Sequence record: KT184316.1
Source: Enterobacteria phage XTG1
DNA: 64,000 nucleotides
Direction: 5' to 3' (one strand)
Shown: positions 30,079 through 39,975 of the stretch, piece after piece
Layout of the letters: each line of letters starts with the position of its first letter
Position numbering within the stretch: position 1 is the stretch's first letter
The notes under the pieces: model-generated
Told to the model about the DNA's origin: nothing
Database searches by the model: none
The model's input: only the letters and a program-made list of their open reading frames with translations
Position numbers and translations under genes: made by a program

Positions 30079-30181
30079 GGATGTTAGATATGGCAGAGAA
30101 CATCATTGGCCTATTCATAGGTTCTGTCTTACTAGGGTTCTTTTTAGGACTCTCTTATTGTGAATTAAGAGGCAAGTTAAA

Positions 30182-30382
30182 ATGTTTAAAATATCAAAAT
30201 CGTTGATATACATTCTCCACATTCTAATCTTCTTCTTTGGGGTTAGTGTTATGGTATGGGGTTTTTCAGACCCACAGTGGAGTTTATCATATCATGGTCA
30301 GATGGATTTATGGTCATGCTTCAAACCATTTTTAGGGTTAGCCATAGCATTCAGTGTATTGCCAACTAAGGTGAAATTATGA
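30182..30382 (+). CDS. Small membrane protein
   Basis: 66 aa, two hydrophobic helices; lies between nrdD and nrdG. Confidence 0.4.
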   Translation: MFKISKSLIYILHILIFFFGVSVMVWGFSDPQWSLSYHGQMDLWSCFKPFLGLAIAFSVLPTKVKL

Positions 30383-30774
30383 TTAAGTTGAACAAAAAAC
30401 AGTTAGAGTGGATTAAAGATTATGCCTCAGAGTGCGGCTCTTGCGAAAAGAATCACGTAAGATATTCAACATTCCATGCGACCTTCACATTGTACATCAG
30501 CGACAACGTTCTAAGTGATTCCGTAGAAGATGGTGTAGCGTTACCTAATGAATTACTTGACAAATTAGCTGTAGTTACTGGAACGTGGAGTGAAGAAGAT
30601 GGTCACGAACTATCTGACAATGTTGTCTTCTACAGTCTTGAAAATATTATGAATCCAGAGTACATTATGTTAATGACTTGTGCACAAGACTGTGTGCCAT
30701 TACAAAACTTCATTAAAGAGCACTGTGAAGAATTTATTACTAAACAGGTTCCTTGTCAGGTGGTGTTTGAATGA
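30379..30774 (+). CDS. Hypothetical protein
   Basis: 131-aa ORF, 4-nt overlaps on both sides. Confidence 0.4.
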   Translation: MIKLNKKQLEWIKDYASECGSCEKNHVRYSTFHATFTLYISDNVLSDSVEDGVALPNELLDKLAVVTGTWSEEDGHELSDNVVFYSLENIMNPEYIMLMTCAQDCVPLQNFIKEHCEEFITKQVPCQVVFE

Positions 30775-31070
30775 GTAAAACAATTCGAAGAAAAGGTTTA
30801 AAGAACGTTCACGGACTCTATGAGTGGAGAAATGAGGTACGTAACAGAGAAAATGCTTCAGATGTCTACTTCCATTCTGATATGATGTCCAGAAAAGGTG
30901 GCTCTTACGACTTCACAAGCCAGCCTTGTAGAGAGATTAAGAAGGCTACTAAACGTCTTACAAGAACACAAATAAGGCAGCTTTCTAAGACATCCTTCTT
31001 AGATGAAGACTTTGACATTGACAGTAAGTCTCCGAAGAAAGCTGCTAAGAACACTTATATGTATTGGTGA
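30771..31070 (+). CDS. Hypothetical basic protein
   Basis: 99-aa ORF. Confidence 0.4.
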   Translation: MSKTIRRKGLKNVHGLYEWRNEVRNRENASDVYFHSDMMSRKGGSYDFTSQPCREIKKATKRLTRTQIRQLSKTSFLDEDFDIDSKSPKKAAKNTYMYW

Positions 31071-31079
31071 GGTAACTAG

Positions 31080-31565
31080 ATGAATTACATGGAGATTCGA
31101 CCATTTGACACAGCTAATGGTGAAGGGGTTCGTGTAAGCCTCTTCGTAGCTGGTTGTAAGCATCACTGTGAAGGCTGCTTTAACAGGGAGTCTTGGAAGT
31201 TTAATGCTGGTAAAGAGTTTACTTATGCAAACCTCTACGGTATCATTAAGTTAATGGATGATAATGCCATCAGTGGGCTGTCAATACTTGGTGGAGAACC
31301 TCTGGATGATAGAAACATTCAAGAGGTTACCAACATATGCAAACGTATTAAAACCGTTTACCCAGAAAAATCTATCTGGCTCTGGACAGGTTTTCAGTTA
31401 CATGAAAAAATTCACCTTGATGTGATGAAATATGTTGACGTGGTGATTGATGGTAAGTATGATTCATCTAAACCAACAGTTAAACCATATCGTGGTTCTG
31501 ATAACCAAAACCTCTGGAGAAAAGAGTATGGATGGCAAGGCGATTGTCAATGGAGAGCCGAGTAA
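31080..31565 (+). CDS. nrdG: Anaerobic RNR activating protein (radical SAM)
   Basis: CKHHCEGCFN (CxxxCxxC) radical-SAM cluster near N-terminus; size typical of NrdG. Confidence 0.85.
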   Translation: MNYMEIRPFDTANGEGVRVSLFVAGCKHHCEGCFNRESWKFNAGKEFTYANLYGIIKLMDDNAISGLSILGGEPLDDRNIQEVTNICKRIKTVYPEKSIWLWTGFQLHEKIHLDVMKYVDVVIDGKYDSSKPTVKPYRGSDNQNLWRKEYGWQGDCQWRAE

Positions 31566-31689
31566 GTCTCGTCGTAAAGTAGGTTATCGGTAAAGGGCAC
31601 TTTACAATGTTCTACAGAACAAACTTAACCGTTTGTGTCACTGAAAAAGAACTTAAAACATTTTGTGAAAAGATTGAGAGAGATATGAA

Positions 31690-31947
31690 ATGGGACTCTG
31701 GAATAGTTTTAAATCAAAAGTAAAAGCAGCACTAGCTTCATTAGGTATGCTCACTGGTGTTGATGTGACTCACCTTATGCAGAACTTCAATATGGATGAG
31801 AAGCTGGCTAATGAGATTATGAAAAGTATCTATGTAGGCCGTGGTAAAGGTGGTAAGAAACAAGCCCACCGTCCGTCTGGTGCAGCAGCTATTAAACGAG
31901 CAGCTAAGAAAGCTCGTAACCGTAAACGTAATAAGAAGGCTAAATAA
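31690..31947 (+). CDS. Hypothetical protein with highly basic C-terminus
   Basis: 85 aa; …AAKKARNRKRNKKAK tail. Confidence 0.4.
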   Translation: MGLWNSFKSKVKAALASLGMLTGVDVTHLMQNFNMDEKLANEIMKSIYVGRGKGGKKQAHRPSGAAAIKRAAKKARNRKRNKKAK

Positions 31948-31949
31948 TC

Positions 31950-32270
31950 ATGAGCAAAGTTTATAACACTCGCAAATTACAGATTTTCGTACTGTGCCAG
32001 TTTATGGCTAAAGAATATAACTTCTACTATTGCGGCACAGGTTTTATTAGCGACGATGATGGTTCATACCTACCATTTAAAGAAGCTGTGAAGCTCTTTA
32101 ATGAAGAGAAAAGCTCTAAGAAAGATATTGAAAAGGTTAAGCTAACCTACAGCAAGAAAGATAAGAAGATTATCTGCCTAGATAACTTTGTGAAAGTTAC
32201 TGGAGAAGCAAAAGAGTTTATGGATGAGAGTGAGATTTCATTCACAAGCATCTTGAAAGTAGCTCAGTAA
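31950..32270 (+). CDS. Hypothetical protein
   Basis: 106-aa ORF. Confidence 0.4.
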   Translation: MSKVYNTRKLQIFVLCQFMAKEYNFYYCGTGFISDDDGSYLPFKEAVKLFNEEKSSKKDIEKVKLTYSKKDKKIICLDNFVKVTGEAKEFMDESEISFTSILKVAQ

Positions 32271-32321
32271 ACAGATACTATAAGGGGACTGTAAAGGTTC
32301 CCTTTTTATTTTGGAGGTAAA

Positions 32322-32837
32322 ATGTATCTGTCAAACCTGAAACGTTCGGTTGCAATGTCAGTTCTAAGACTCAGCTTTGATGAGCGTCAAGAGTTTATAG
32401 ACTCCCACAAATATGACCCTTCAAATTCTAATCACATGGTTCTTTGGAATCGTGATAACTTCCGTGAAAGAGCACTTGTCCGTTATTACCCACACTACAC
32501 AATAGATAACCTGTATGAATGGTGTGTTGTGAAGAACACCATTGCAACACTGAACAATCTTTGCAGGTATACGGGTAAGCAAACATTTACATTAGGTCAT
32601 CACAAACCTGTTACAAAAGGTGGTGAACATCACTGTGCAAACTGGTTTATCCAAACTAAAACTGATAACCAGAAGCAAGGAGATAGCCTCCTAAGTATCC
32701 CTAAGATGACCTATGAAGAGCAAGAGAAATATATCAAAAATAATATGCCAGATGTGCTTGACAACAACTATACAGATTTGGCAATATATCTCCTGTTGAA
32801 GTTCGAGACAGTTTATAGGGCAACTTATAATGGCTAG
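32322..32837 (+). CDS. HNH-like nuclease (tentative)
   Basis: LGHHKPVTKGGEHHCANWFIQTKTDNQKQ resembles an HNH/His-Me finger core. Confidence 0.35.
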   Translation: MYLSNLKRSVAMSVLRLSFDERQEFIDSHKYDPSNSNHMVLWNRDNFRERALVRYYPHYTIDNLYEWCVVKNTIATLNNLCRYTGKQTFTLGHHKPVTKGGEHHCANWFIQTKTDNQKQGDSLLSIPKMTYEEQEKYIKNNMPDVLDNNYTDLAIYLLLKFETVYRATYNG

Positions 32838-33108
32838 AGAAAAGTGGGAGATTTTACCATTAGTCAGTGAAGGAGGTAATGGTTGTGAAATGTACATGAT
32901 ACGTGGTCATGTTCCAGAGCCAATTGCACTTGAGATGGTAAACAACTTTACAGATGGTTCTTACAAAGACTTAGGCGAACCAACTGTCAAGCAACAATGG
33001 GTTAAACCTGTACCAGACAGCACAGGTAACTGTAGTGTACTTTATCACGTTGTAGACCCTGCAAAATGCAAATCTGCAATGGCAGTAACAAACGTAACTT
33101 TTGATTGA
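32830..33108 (+). CDS. Hypothetical protein
   Basis: 92-aa ORF, overlaps both neighbours. Confidence 0.4.
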   Translation: MAREKWEILPLVSEGGNGCEMYMIRGHVPEPIALEMVNNFTDGSYKDLGEPTVKQQWVKPVPDSTGNCSVLYHVVDPAKCKSAMAVTNVTFD

Positions 33109-34001
33109 GAGAGAAAACTATGAAAACATCTATCCGTGTTACAGTTCATTCACCAACTAAAGGAACTCATGAAGAAGAGTTTAACATCATCCAATTTCCT
33201 TCTGGTGAGATTGGTGGACACTTTTCGCCAGAGTTTGTTGATTTCACTGCTTATGCAGCATCATCCATCAACAATGTGATTATGATTGTAAAAGGTTATG
33301 ATAAGGATACATTGTTTGCTGTGGCACTTGCTAAAGAAGCAATTGATGATTTAATTCCTCATGATTATGCTTTAAAGACTGTCATCTTTTACTACTTACC
33401 AAATGCACGTTATGACCGTCACATGTTTAAAGGCGACGCAGCAGCTTTAAAGGTTTTTGCTAAACAGATTAATGCAATGGGGTTTGGCGCAGTCTGTGCA
33501 GTTGACCCTCACAGCTATGTACCAGATAACCTGTTTAACTGCTTCCAGAGTATTCCTCAAAAGGAGATTGCAGTCCACTATGCAAATGACCCTCTAATTG
33601 ATTACTTAGTAGCCCCAGATGCAGGTGCTTCTAAGAAGATTGCAGAGACTGCTAAAGAGGTGGATAAACCATATATCACAATGTCTAAGGTGCGAAATCT
33701 TAAGACTGGAGAAATCACTGGTATGCGAATCCTTGACGATGTTGATTTGACAGATAAAACTGTCATGATTCTGGATGATATTTGTGATGGAGGTCGAACC
33801 TTCATAGAAGCAGCTAAACATCTTCGTGAAGCAGGTGCAAAACGTGTTGAGCTTTATGTAACACATGGTATCTTCTCTAAAGGTGTTGAAAACCTTCTTG
33901 ACAATGGTATCGACCATATTTACACTACAAACTCTTTAGGCGAAGCTAAAGACCGTGGCTTAACACATTATGGTCAAGTTACTGTAGCAAACCTTGATTG
34001 A
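33105..34001 (+). CDS. Ribose-phosphate pyrophosphokinase (PRPP synthetase)-like protein; candidate ADP-ribose pyrophosphokinase of a NARP1-type NAD+ reconstitution pathway
   Basis: VAPDAGASKK and VMILDDICDGGRTFIEAAKHLREAGAKRVELYVTHGIFS match Prs signatures; immediately upstream of a Nampt-like gene. Confidence 0.75.
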   Translation: MREKTMKTSIRVTVHSPTKGTHEEEFNIIQFPSGEIGGHFSPEFVDFTAYAASSINNVIMIVKGYDKDTLFAVALAKEAIDDLIPHDYALKTVIFYYLPNARYDRHMFKGDAAALKVFAKQINAMGFGAVCAVDPHSYVPDNLFNCFQSIPQKEIAVHYANDPLIDYLVAPDAGASKKIAETAKEVDKPYITMSKVRNLKTGEITGMRILDDVDLTDKTVMILDDICDGGRTFIEAAKHLREAGAKRVELYVTHGIFSKGVENLLDNGIDHIYTTNSLGEAKDRGLTHYGQVTVANLD

Positions 34002-34010
34002 AAGTTTATA

Positions 34011-34032
34011 GGGGCTTGAAAGCCCCATTTTG
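34011..34032 (+). terminator. Terminator-like hairpin
   Basis: ggggctt-gaa-agcccc then ATTTTG. Confidence 0.4.
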
Positions 34033-34046
34033 AGAGAGATTAAAAG

Positions 34047-35828
34047 ATGACTAAATCACTTTATGCAGTACCAGCAGGTTTAAACGCAGATGCTTACAAA
34101 TCTGGTCATGTTTACCAGTACCCTAGTGCAACAGAATATTTGATGTTCAACCTGACACCACGTAGCGACAAATGGTTTAACAGTCCATTAGCAATTGATG
34201 GTGTAGTCGCTTTTGGTATTCAACGTTTTGTTAAAGATTACTTGATAGACCACTGGAACGCTACGTTCTTTGAACGTGACAAAAAAGAAGCAATTGACGA
34301 AATCTTAGAAGTCATGAATGGTGTTCTGGGCAAAGATGCTATCGGTCGAGAGCATTGGGAAGCACTCCACGATTTAGGTTATCTACCAGTTGAAGTATAT
34401 GCTGTAGAAGAAGGTACAGTTGTCCCGATGCGTGTCCCAATGATTGTCTTCCAGAACACTGTTTCAGGCTTCCATTGGGTAGCAGGTTATCTGGAAGATG
34501 CTTTCTCTGCTGAGATTTGGAAGGCTTGCACCATTGCGACTATTGCATTGCACTACAAACGCATCTGTAAGAAGTGGGCTGACCTTACTTGTGACAATGA
34601 CTTACATTTACCTTATCAGTGCCATGATTTTGCTATGCGTGGTATGTCCGGCTTTACTGATGACGCATTTAACGCTGTAGGTCACTTAACCAGCTTTAAA
34701 GGGACTGATAGCTTCCCTGCTGTATACACGGCTAAACGAATCTATGGACAGTCCTACCCAATCTCTGATATTGGTAGTTCTGTACCAGCCACTGAGCACT
34801 CTGTAATGTGTGCAAACATTGCTTGGGAAGGTGGTAATGAGTTGATTGAAGAAGAAAGACGCTTTAAAGGTGAGTTACAAACCTTCCGTCGTTTCTTAAC
34901 AGAAACTTACCCAACAGGTATTGCAAGCATTGTTTCAGATACTTATAACTTCTGGAGAACTGTGTCAGAAATCTTACCAGCACTTCGTAAAGAAATTATG
35001 GAACGTGATGGCAAACTGGTAATTCGCCCTGACTCTGGAGACCCTGTACATATTGTCACAGGTTATAAAGCAATCCACTTAGAATGTGCTAAGAAGGCTT
35101 ATTACGAGCACCTAAGCAAGCTGGAAGCCAGTGACACAATGTTGAATGCTGTTCTGAACATGAAGCTTGAGAACATCAACTATGGTATTGCTGGATGGCT
35201 ACTGTCAGAAGGCTACGAGATGGTTGTTGACAGAGAAGACTTTGAAGTTGCTGATACAGTGATGTTGAAAAATGCTTATATGGTTGGTTCTGCAAACGTT
35301 GTAACACGTCCTGTAGCTGAGATTGATGGAGCTATTAAGACACTGTACAACATCTTTGGGGGAACTATTAACTCTAAAGGTTTTAAAGTACTGGATGAGC
35401 ATATTGGACTTATTTATGGCGACTCTATCACGTTGGAACGTGCAAATGAAATACTGAAGCGTTTGTATGAAATGGGTTTTGCAAGCTCTAACGTAGTGTT
35501 TGGTGTAGGTTCTTACACTTACCAGTACATGACTCGTGACACCTTTGCATTTGCTGTCAAAGCAACTCTTGCAAGCATTGGTGGTAAAGAGATTATGCTT
35601 GCAAAAGACCCTAAAACAGATAGTGGTGTTAAGAAGTCTGCTTTTGGTGGTGTAGCACCTATGTGGGATGGTGAAAATCTGAAAGCTGTAGATGGCTATG
35701 GGTTCCAGAGCTTTGCAGATGCACTTGAACATCCAGCTTGTGCTTTACGTCTAGTCTTTAGCGACTCTGAGCAGTTCGGCTACACAACTCTTGGTGATAT
35801 TCGAAATAATATTGACAAGCAGCTTTAA
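34047..35828 (+). CDS. Nicotinamide phosphoribosyltransferase (Nampt)-like protein; candidate nicotinamide ADP-ribose transferase
   Basis: 593 aa; called from overall resemblance of the translation to Nampt/NadV family proteins and from genomic pairing with the Prs-like gene; not alignment-verified. Confidence 0.7.
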   Translation: MTKSLYAVPAGLNADAYKSGHVYQYPSATEYLMFNLTPRSDKWFNSPLAIDGVVAFGIQRFVKDYLIDHWNATFFERDKKEAIDEILEVMNGVLGKDAIGREHWEALHDLGYLPVEVYAVEEGTVVPMRVPMIVFQNTVSGFHWVAGYLEDAFSAEIWKACTIATIALHYKRICKKWADLTCDNDLHLPYQCHDFAMRGMSGFTDDAFNAVGHLTSFKGTDSFPAVYTAKRIYGQSYPISDIGSSVPATEHSVMCANIAWEGGNELIEEERRFKGELQTFRRFLTETYPTGIASIVSDTYNFWRTVSEILPALRKEIMERDGKLVIRPDSGDPVHIVTGYKAIHLECAKKAYYEHLSKLEASDTMLNAVLNMKLENINYGIAGWLLSEGYEMVVDREDFEVADTVMLKNAYMVGSANVVTRPVAEIDGAIKTLYNIFGGTINSKGFKVLDEHIGLIYGDSITLERANEILKRLYEMGFASSNVVFGVGSYTYQYMTRDTFAFAVKATLASIGGKEIMLAKDPKTDSGVKKSAFGGVAPMWDGENLKAVDGYGFQSFADALEHPACALRLVFSDSEQFGYTTLGDIRNNIDKQL

Positions 35829-35842
35829 AAGTATATGATAAG

Positions 35843-35866
35843 AGGCTCCTACGGGAGCCTTTTTAA
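35843..35866 (+). terminator. Intrinsic terminator
   Basis: aggctcc-tacg-ggagcct + TTTTT. Confidence 0.6.
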
Positions 35867-35881
35867 TTTCTGGAGAAGATT

Positions 35882-36217
35882 ATGAAAATCAAAGAGATGA
35901 ACATCAACATCGTCTTAGAGGAACGTTGGGAGAACATCAAGAAACCTGAAAATGGTCATAAGTTCCTTAACAAAATTTTAGTAGCAGCTAAAGAAGAACT
36001 GACTGGTAAGATTGCAGCAGCAATCACAATAAAGGTCTGTGTAAAAGGTCTTCCAGACAATCACCAATTTGCACTTGACGAGTTTAAAGAAAGCTTCTAC
36101 AATCCAAATAAACAGATGCTTGAAAGTAACTTTGCAGTATCTACAAGTATCGTTCATGACAGAAGCTTTATCCTTTACAAAAACATGAGAGGTGAGTCAT
36201 GCAAGCATATTGGATAG
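35882..36217 (+). CDS. Hypothetical protein
   Basis: 111-aa ORF. Confidence 0.4.
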   Translation: MKIKEMNINIVLEERWENIKKPENGHKFLNKILVAAKEELTGKIAAAITIKVCVKGLPDNHQFALDEFKESFYNPNKQMLESNFAVSTSIVHDRSFILYKNMRGESCKHIG

Positions 36218-36375
36218 AAATTTTACTGTCACTTGGTAGTGTAGCAATATTTGTTTGCCTTCTTTGTAAGTACTTTGCAGAACACAAAAAGTGTGACTAC
36301 TGTAACGGAGAAGGGTATACAAGAGCAGGTTGTTGCCCTATTTGTGGTGGTTCTGGTAAAATGTTTAATAAGTAA
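36199..36375 (+). CDS. Small membrane protein with zinc ribbon (58 aa)
   Basis: MQAYWIEILLSLGSVAIFVCLL… TM helix then CDYCNGEG…CCPICGG; below the track's size cutoff, overlaps upstream ORF end. Confidence 0.3.
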   Translation: MQAYWIEILLSLGSVAIFVCLLCKYFAEHKKCDYCNGEGYTRAGCCPICGGSGKMFNK

Positions 36376-36403
36376 TTTAACAGTAAACTAAGAGGAAAGT
36401 ATT

Positions 36404-38770
36404 ATGCGCATGGTAAACGACCACGCAGAAGTGATTAAGAGTTCAACTTCTTTAGAGACGTCTCAAGCACAGATTACAATGACACCTGAGATGTTCAGCC
36501 TTTTGAGTTCTGGTGTATATACCTTTAAAGAAAGGGCAGTGATTCGTGAACTGTCATGTAACGCAGTAGATGCTCAGAAAGAAGCTGGAAAAGAGAACAT
36601 CCCATTCCATGTGCATTTACCTACTCGTTTTGAGCCTTACTTCGAAGTTCGTGATTTTGGAACTGGATTGACTCATGATAAAGTTATGAGTTTGTACCTA
36701 AACTATGGAGCTTCTACGAAGAATGACTCTAATGACTACATTGGTGCAATGGGTATCGGCTCAAAGTCACCATTTGCAATTGCTCAGTCATTCACAGTAT
36801 CGAGCTATGTTGATGGTGTTGTTAATAAGTACTCTGTTTATCTTGAGAATGGTATCCCTCAAGTAACTAAGCTGACAACTAACCCAACAAAAGAACCTAA
36901 TGGTTTAGCTGTACGTGTGGCAGTTGCTGACCACCGTATCTCAAAGTTCTTTGAAGAAGCTGGGAATGTGTACTCATACTTCACTGTAAAACCAGAAAGT
37001 AATATTGAGTACGACGATGTATTAGCAGATATGAACGTCATTGCTCGTGAAGAAGGTGTTTATGATGCCATGATTCATAAGCAAAGCTGGCGTTCTAGTG
37101 GTAACAAGACAGAGTTTAATGTGGTGATGGGTAACATTGCCTACCCTGTTAATATGGAAGCATTACTTGGCGATGATTTCTTCAAAGTATTGCCAGAATT
37201 TTTCCGTAGGAGTGTAGACCTTGTAAACATCTACATGCCTATTGGTTCAGTTGCTATTGCAGCTTCTCGTGAAGCATTACAGATGAATGACACGACAAAA
37301 AATGTTATCATTGAGGCTACTAAAAAGATAACTGAAGCCATTACAAAGGATGTTATCAAGAAAGTTAATAGCCAACCTACACTCATGGATGCTGCACAGG
37401 CTTATGCTGAGTTACGTTTGAACTCACGAGAGATGTTTAATGCTGTGTGTCCAAAGCTAGAGTGGGGAGGCGTTAAGCTTGATTCTCTGGAAGAAGAATT
37501 GCTAAACATTCGTCGTGGGATTATCTACGCAGAAGACGGCTCAGTCATTTATGAACGTGACGGTAAAGGTAATATTAAGGTTGATAGGAACGGAAACAAC
37601 ATCCCTAAAGTAGATTACCTTTATGACCCAGTTGCTTATGTCAAGTTCAACTCTTTAGAGAGTAAGATTCGTGCAACAGCACTTTCCTACACTCAAGAGG
37701 CAAGTATGTTCAATATCTTTGGTGCAATGCGTAAAAGCCAAATTGAACAGTTTTTGTTCGTGATTAATGACCGTCGCAATAAAAACGGTACTGAGAAGAC
37801 TGTAGGACGAAATCAAATCTTGCGTGGTGCATGTCGAGACTACGCTAACGAGTCAGGCCTGTTCCACAGATACAATGGTATTGTGTTTGTATTCTCTAAT
37901 GAGAAAGAGTTAGATGATTTAATCAATCTGCACAAACTTGATAAAAGCTTGTTAAAGATTGTGAAAATGTCTGATAAGGAGCACCATTATCAGCGTAAAG
38001 AAGCTGTGAGGGGCGTTGTAAAACTCTGGAAAGCTGTTCCAGCAGAAGCTGTAGCTTCATACAAAGAGGTATCAGAAGACCTAGACACAATTGAAGAGCC
38101 TCAGCTTTATATTAAGGCAGTAGGCGACACAGTTGATGGTAGATGTTTTTGCTCATCTCCAGAAGATGTAGCTAAGTCAGTTGCTAATGTTACAGGTAAG
38201 ACAGTCTATGTTTTCCGAAAAGCAAATTGGAAAAAGATACCAGAAGATTGGATTGAAGTAGATGAGAAACTCTTGAACGACAGCTTAACTGATGTTCACT
38301 GGATTAACCATAACAGATATATGACGCGTATCTATATGAATGGTGTCCTTGACCTTACAAGCAGTTGGATTATTGCCAGAAACTTTACGTTTAATAACAG
38401 GAAGATTTCTCGCGGGTATTGTTATTCAAGGGATACTATTAAGACAATCTTCTTAGAAGGGAATGAAGATGCTGTTGAGGCAATGTTTGGTAAGATTCAG
38501 TATGTGGCTGCACCGTTTGCATACACTTACACTATCAGTGTTCTTCAGGATTTGAAGTCATGCCTTGATAATGACACAAAACTGTACAAAAAGATTAAGA
38601 AAGCAGGCGACCGCATGGTTATCAAGCTGACAAACTATCTTTCAAAAAGAAAACAAGAAAACTTCTTGCTTTCACACTTAGATTGGAATAAAGTATCACC
38701 TATCGAAGTGAGTAAGTTTTTAGGCTTTGATGTGAAGTGTGTTCCAGAAGGGACTACAATTTACGATTAA
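36404..38770 (+). CDS. rIIA: rIIA-like protein with N-terminal GHKL-type ATPase domain
   Basis: 788 aa; N-box-like RELSCNAVDAQ, G1 box VRDFGTGL, G2 box GAMGIGSKSPF; followed by an rIIB-sized gene. Confidence 0.55.
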   Translation: MRMVNDHAEVIKSSTSLETSQAQITMTPEMFSLLSSGVYTFKERAVIRELSCNAVDAQKEAGKENIPFHVHLPTRFEPYFEVRDFGTGLTHDKVMSLYLNYGASTKNDSNDYIGAMGIGSKSPFAIAQSFTVSSYVDGVVNKYSVYLENGIPQVTKLTTNPTKEPNGLAVRVAVADHRISKFFEEAGNVYSYFTVKPESNIEYDDVLADMNVIAREEGVYDAMIHKQSWRSSGNKTEFNVVMGNIAYPVNMEALLGDDFFKVLPEFFRRSVDLVNIYMPIGSVAIAASREALQMNDTTKNVIIEATKKITEAITKDVIKKVNSQPTLMDAAQAYAELRLNSREMFNAVCPKLEWGGVKLDSLEEELLNIRRGIIYAEDGSVIYERDGKGNIKVDRNGNNIPKVDYLYDPVAYVKFNSLESKIRATALSYTQEASMFNIFGAMRKSQIEQFLFVINDRRNKNGTEKTVGRNQILRGACRDYANESGLFHRYNGIVFVFSNEKELDDLINLHKLDKSLLKIVKMSDKEHHYQRKEAVRGVVKLWKAVPAEAVASYKEVSEDLDTIEEPQLYIKAVGDTVDGRCFCSSPEDVAKSVANVTGKTVYVFRKANWKKIPEDWIEVDEKLLNDSLTDVHWINHNRYMTRIYMNGVLDLTSSWIIARNFTFNNRKISRGYCYSRDTIKTIFLEGNEDAVEAMFGKIQYVAAPFAYTYTISVLQDLKSCLDNDTKLYKKIKKAGDRMVIKLTNYLSKRKQENFLLSHLDWNKVSPIEVSKFLGFDVKCVPEGTTIYD

Positions 38771-38775
38771 AGTGT

Positions 38776-38805
38776 TTGACAAGGGGCTTCAAAGCCCCTT
38801 AGAAT
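38776..38805 (+). promoter_or_regulatory. Promoter TTGACA-N17/18-TAGAAT with a GC hairpin filling the spacer
   Basis: TTGACA 38776-38781; hairpin aggggcttcaaagcccct in the spacer; TAGAAT 38800-38805. Confidence 0.5.
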
Positions 38806-38849
38806 AGCCTCACAAATTGATTGATTAACTAACAAGAGAGAGTAATAAG

Positions 38850-39959
38850 ATGACTACTAAAACTAAAGCACAGATTGACGCAGAAATTTACAAACTGGTT
38901 AAAGAAGGTAAGCTGACCAAAACAGCTATTGCACAGAAATTTAACACTTCAACCCGTTCAGTTGGTCGTGCTGTAGAGCGTCATGAAGCAACCTTAAAAG
39001 GGAAGAAGAAGGTGACTTCTACACCAGCTACGAAGACTTTGAAGCAAGTTGCTAAGACTTTTAAAAAGAAAGCTGGCAAACCAGTTGAAAAGGTCGTTAA
39101 AGACACTGTACAGAAAGCTCCAGTAAATAAACTGCACGAAGCTATGCAGAAAGATGACAAGATTGAGTACATGATTACTGGTGATTCTGTAATTATGACT
39201 TATGGTTCAGAATCTGAAATTGTTGAGTCTACTCATCCGAACTATCAAGAGATTGTAGTTCATGTTGTGAAAGGTGAGTTCAAGAAAGCATTTGAACTGA
39301 TGAACATTCGTAAGTCTATCGAAAACTTCACTCAGGGTGCTATCACAATCAAAGGTGACAAGCTATTCTACGGTGCTGTTGAGATGCGTTCTACTCTGGT
39401 TGACCGTATCCTCCACATGATGAAGACTGGTGATAAAGGTTTTGAACGACTTGTAATGTTCTTCGAAAAACTGATGGAAAACCCATCTAAAGATTCTGTA
39501 GAACAACTTTGGGGATTCGTATCTCACCTTGATGTTGAAATTGATGAAGAAGGTTACATCATTGGTTGGAAGAAAGTCTCTACTCGTGAAGGCAAGTTGG
39601 TTGACTCCCACACCTACAAAGTACCTAATGATTTGGGTAACATTGTAGAAATGCCACGTTGGATGGTTGATAACAACCGTAACGTAACTTGCTCTCAGGG
39701 TCTTCATGTTGGTGCTTGGGATTATGTTCGTTGCTTCTCAGGTGATACAATCCTGAAGGTTCGTGTCCATCCACGAGATGTTGTATCTGTTCCGACTGAT
39801 TACAACGATATGAAGATGCGTTCATCCCGTTATGAAGTTGTAGCAATCGTTGATAATCAGCGTAAAGTGCTGAAAGCGTGGGATGGTAAGACTGAAGCTT
39901 TGCATGTCATCGTTGGCACTGCTGGTGAACTCATCTCTCAACGTAAACGTGAAATCTAA
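38850..39959 (+). CDS. rIIB: rIIB-like protein (by position and size)
   Basis: 369 aa immediately downstream of the rIIA-like gene; Lys-rich N-terminal region; no independent motif recognised. Confidence 0.4.
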   Translation: MTTKTKAQIDAEIYKLVKEGKLTKTAIAQKFNTSTRSVGRAVERHEATLKGKKKVTSTPATKTLKQVAKTFKKKAGKPVEKVVKDTVQKAPVNKLHEAMQKDDKIEYMITGDSVIMTYGSESEIVESTHPNYQEIVVHVVKGEFKKAFELMNIRKSIENFTQGAITIKGDKLFYGAVEMRSTLVDRILHMMKTGDKGFERLVMFFEKLMENPSKDSVEQLWGFVSHLDVEIDEEGYIIGWKKVSTREGKLVDSHTYKVPNDLGNIVEMPRWMVDNNRNVTCSQGLHVGAWDYVRCFSGDTILKVRVHPRDVVSVPTDYNDMKMRSSRYEVVAIVDNQRKVLKAWDGKTEALHVIVGTAGELISQRKREI

Positions 39960-39975
39960 TAAGTAATTTCTTAAA

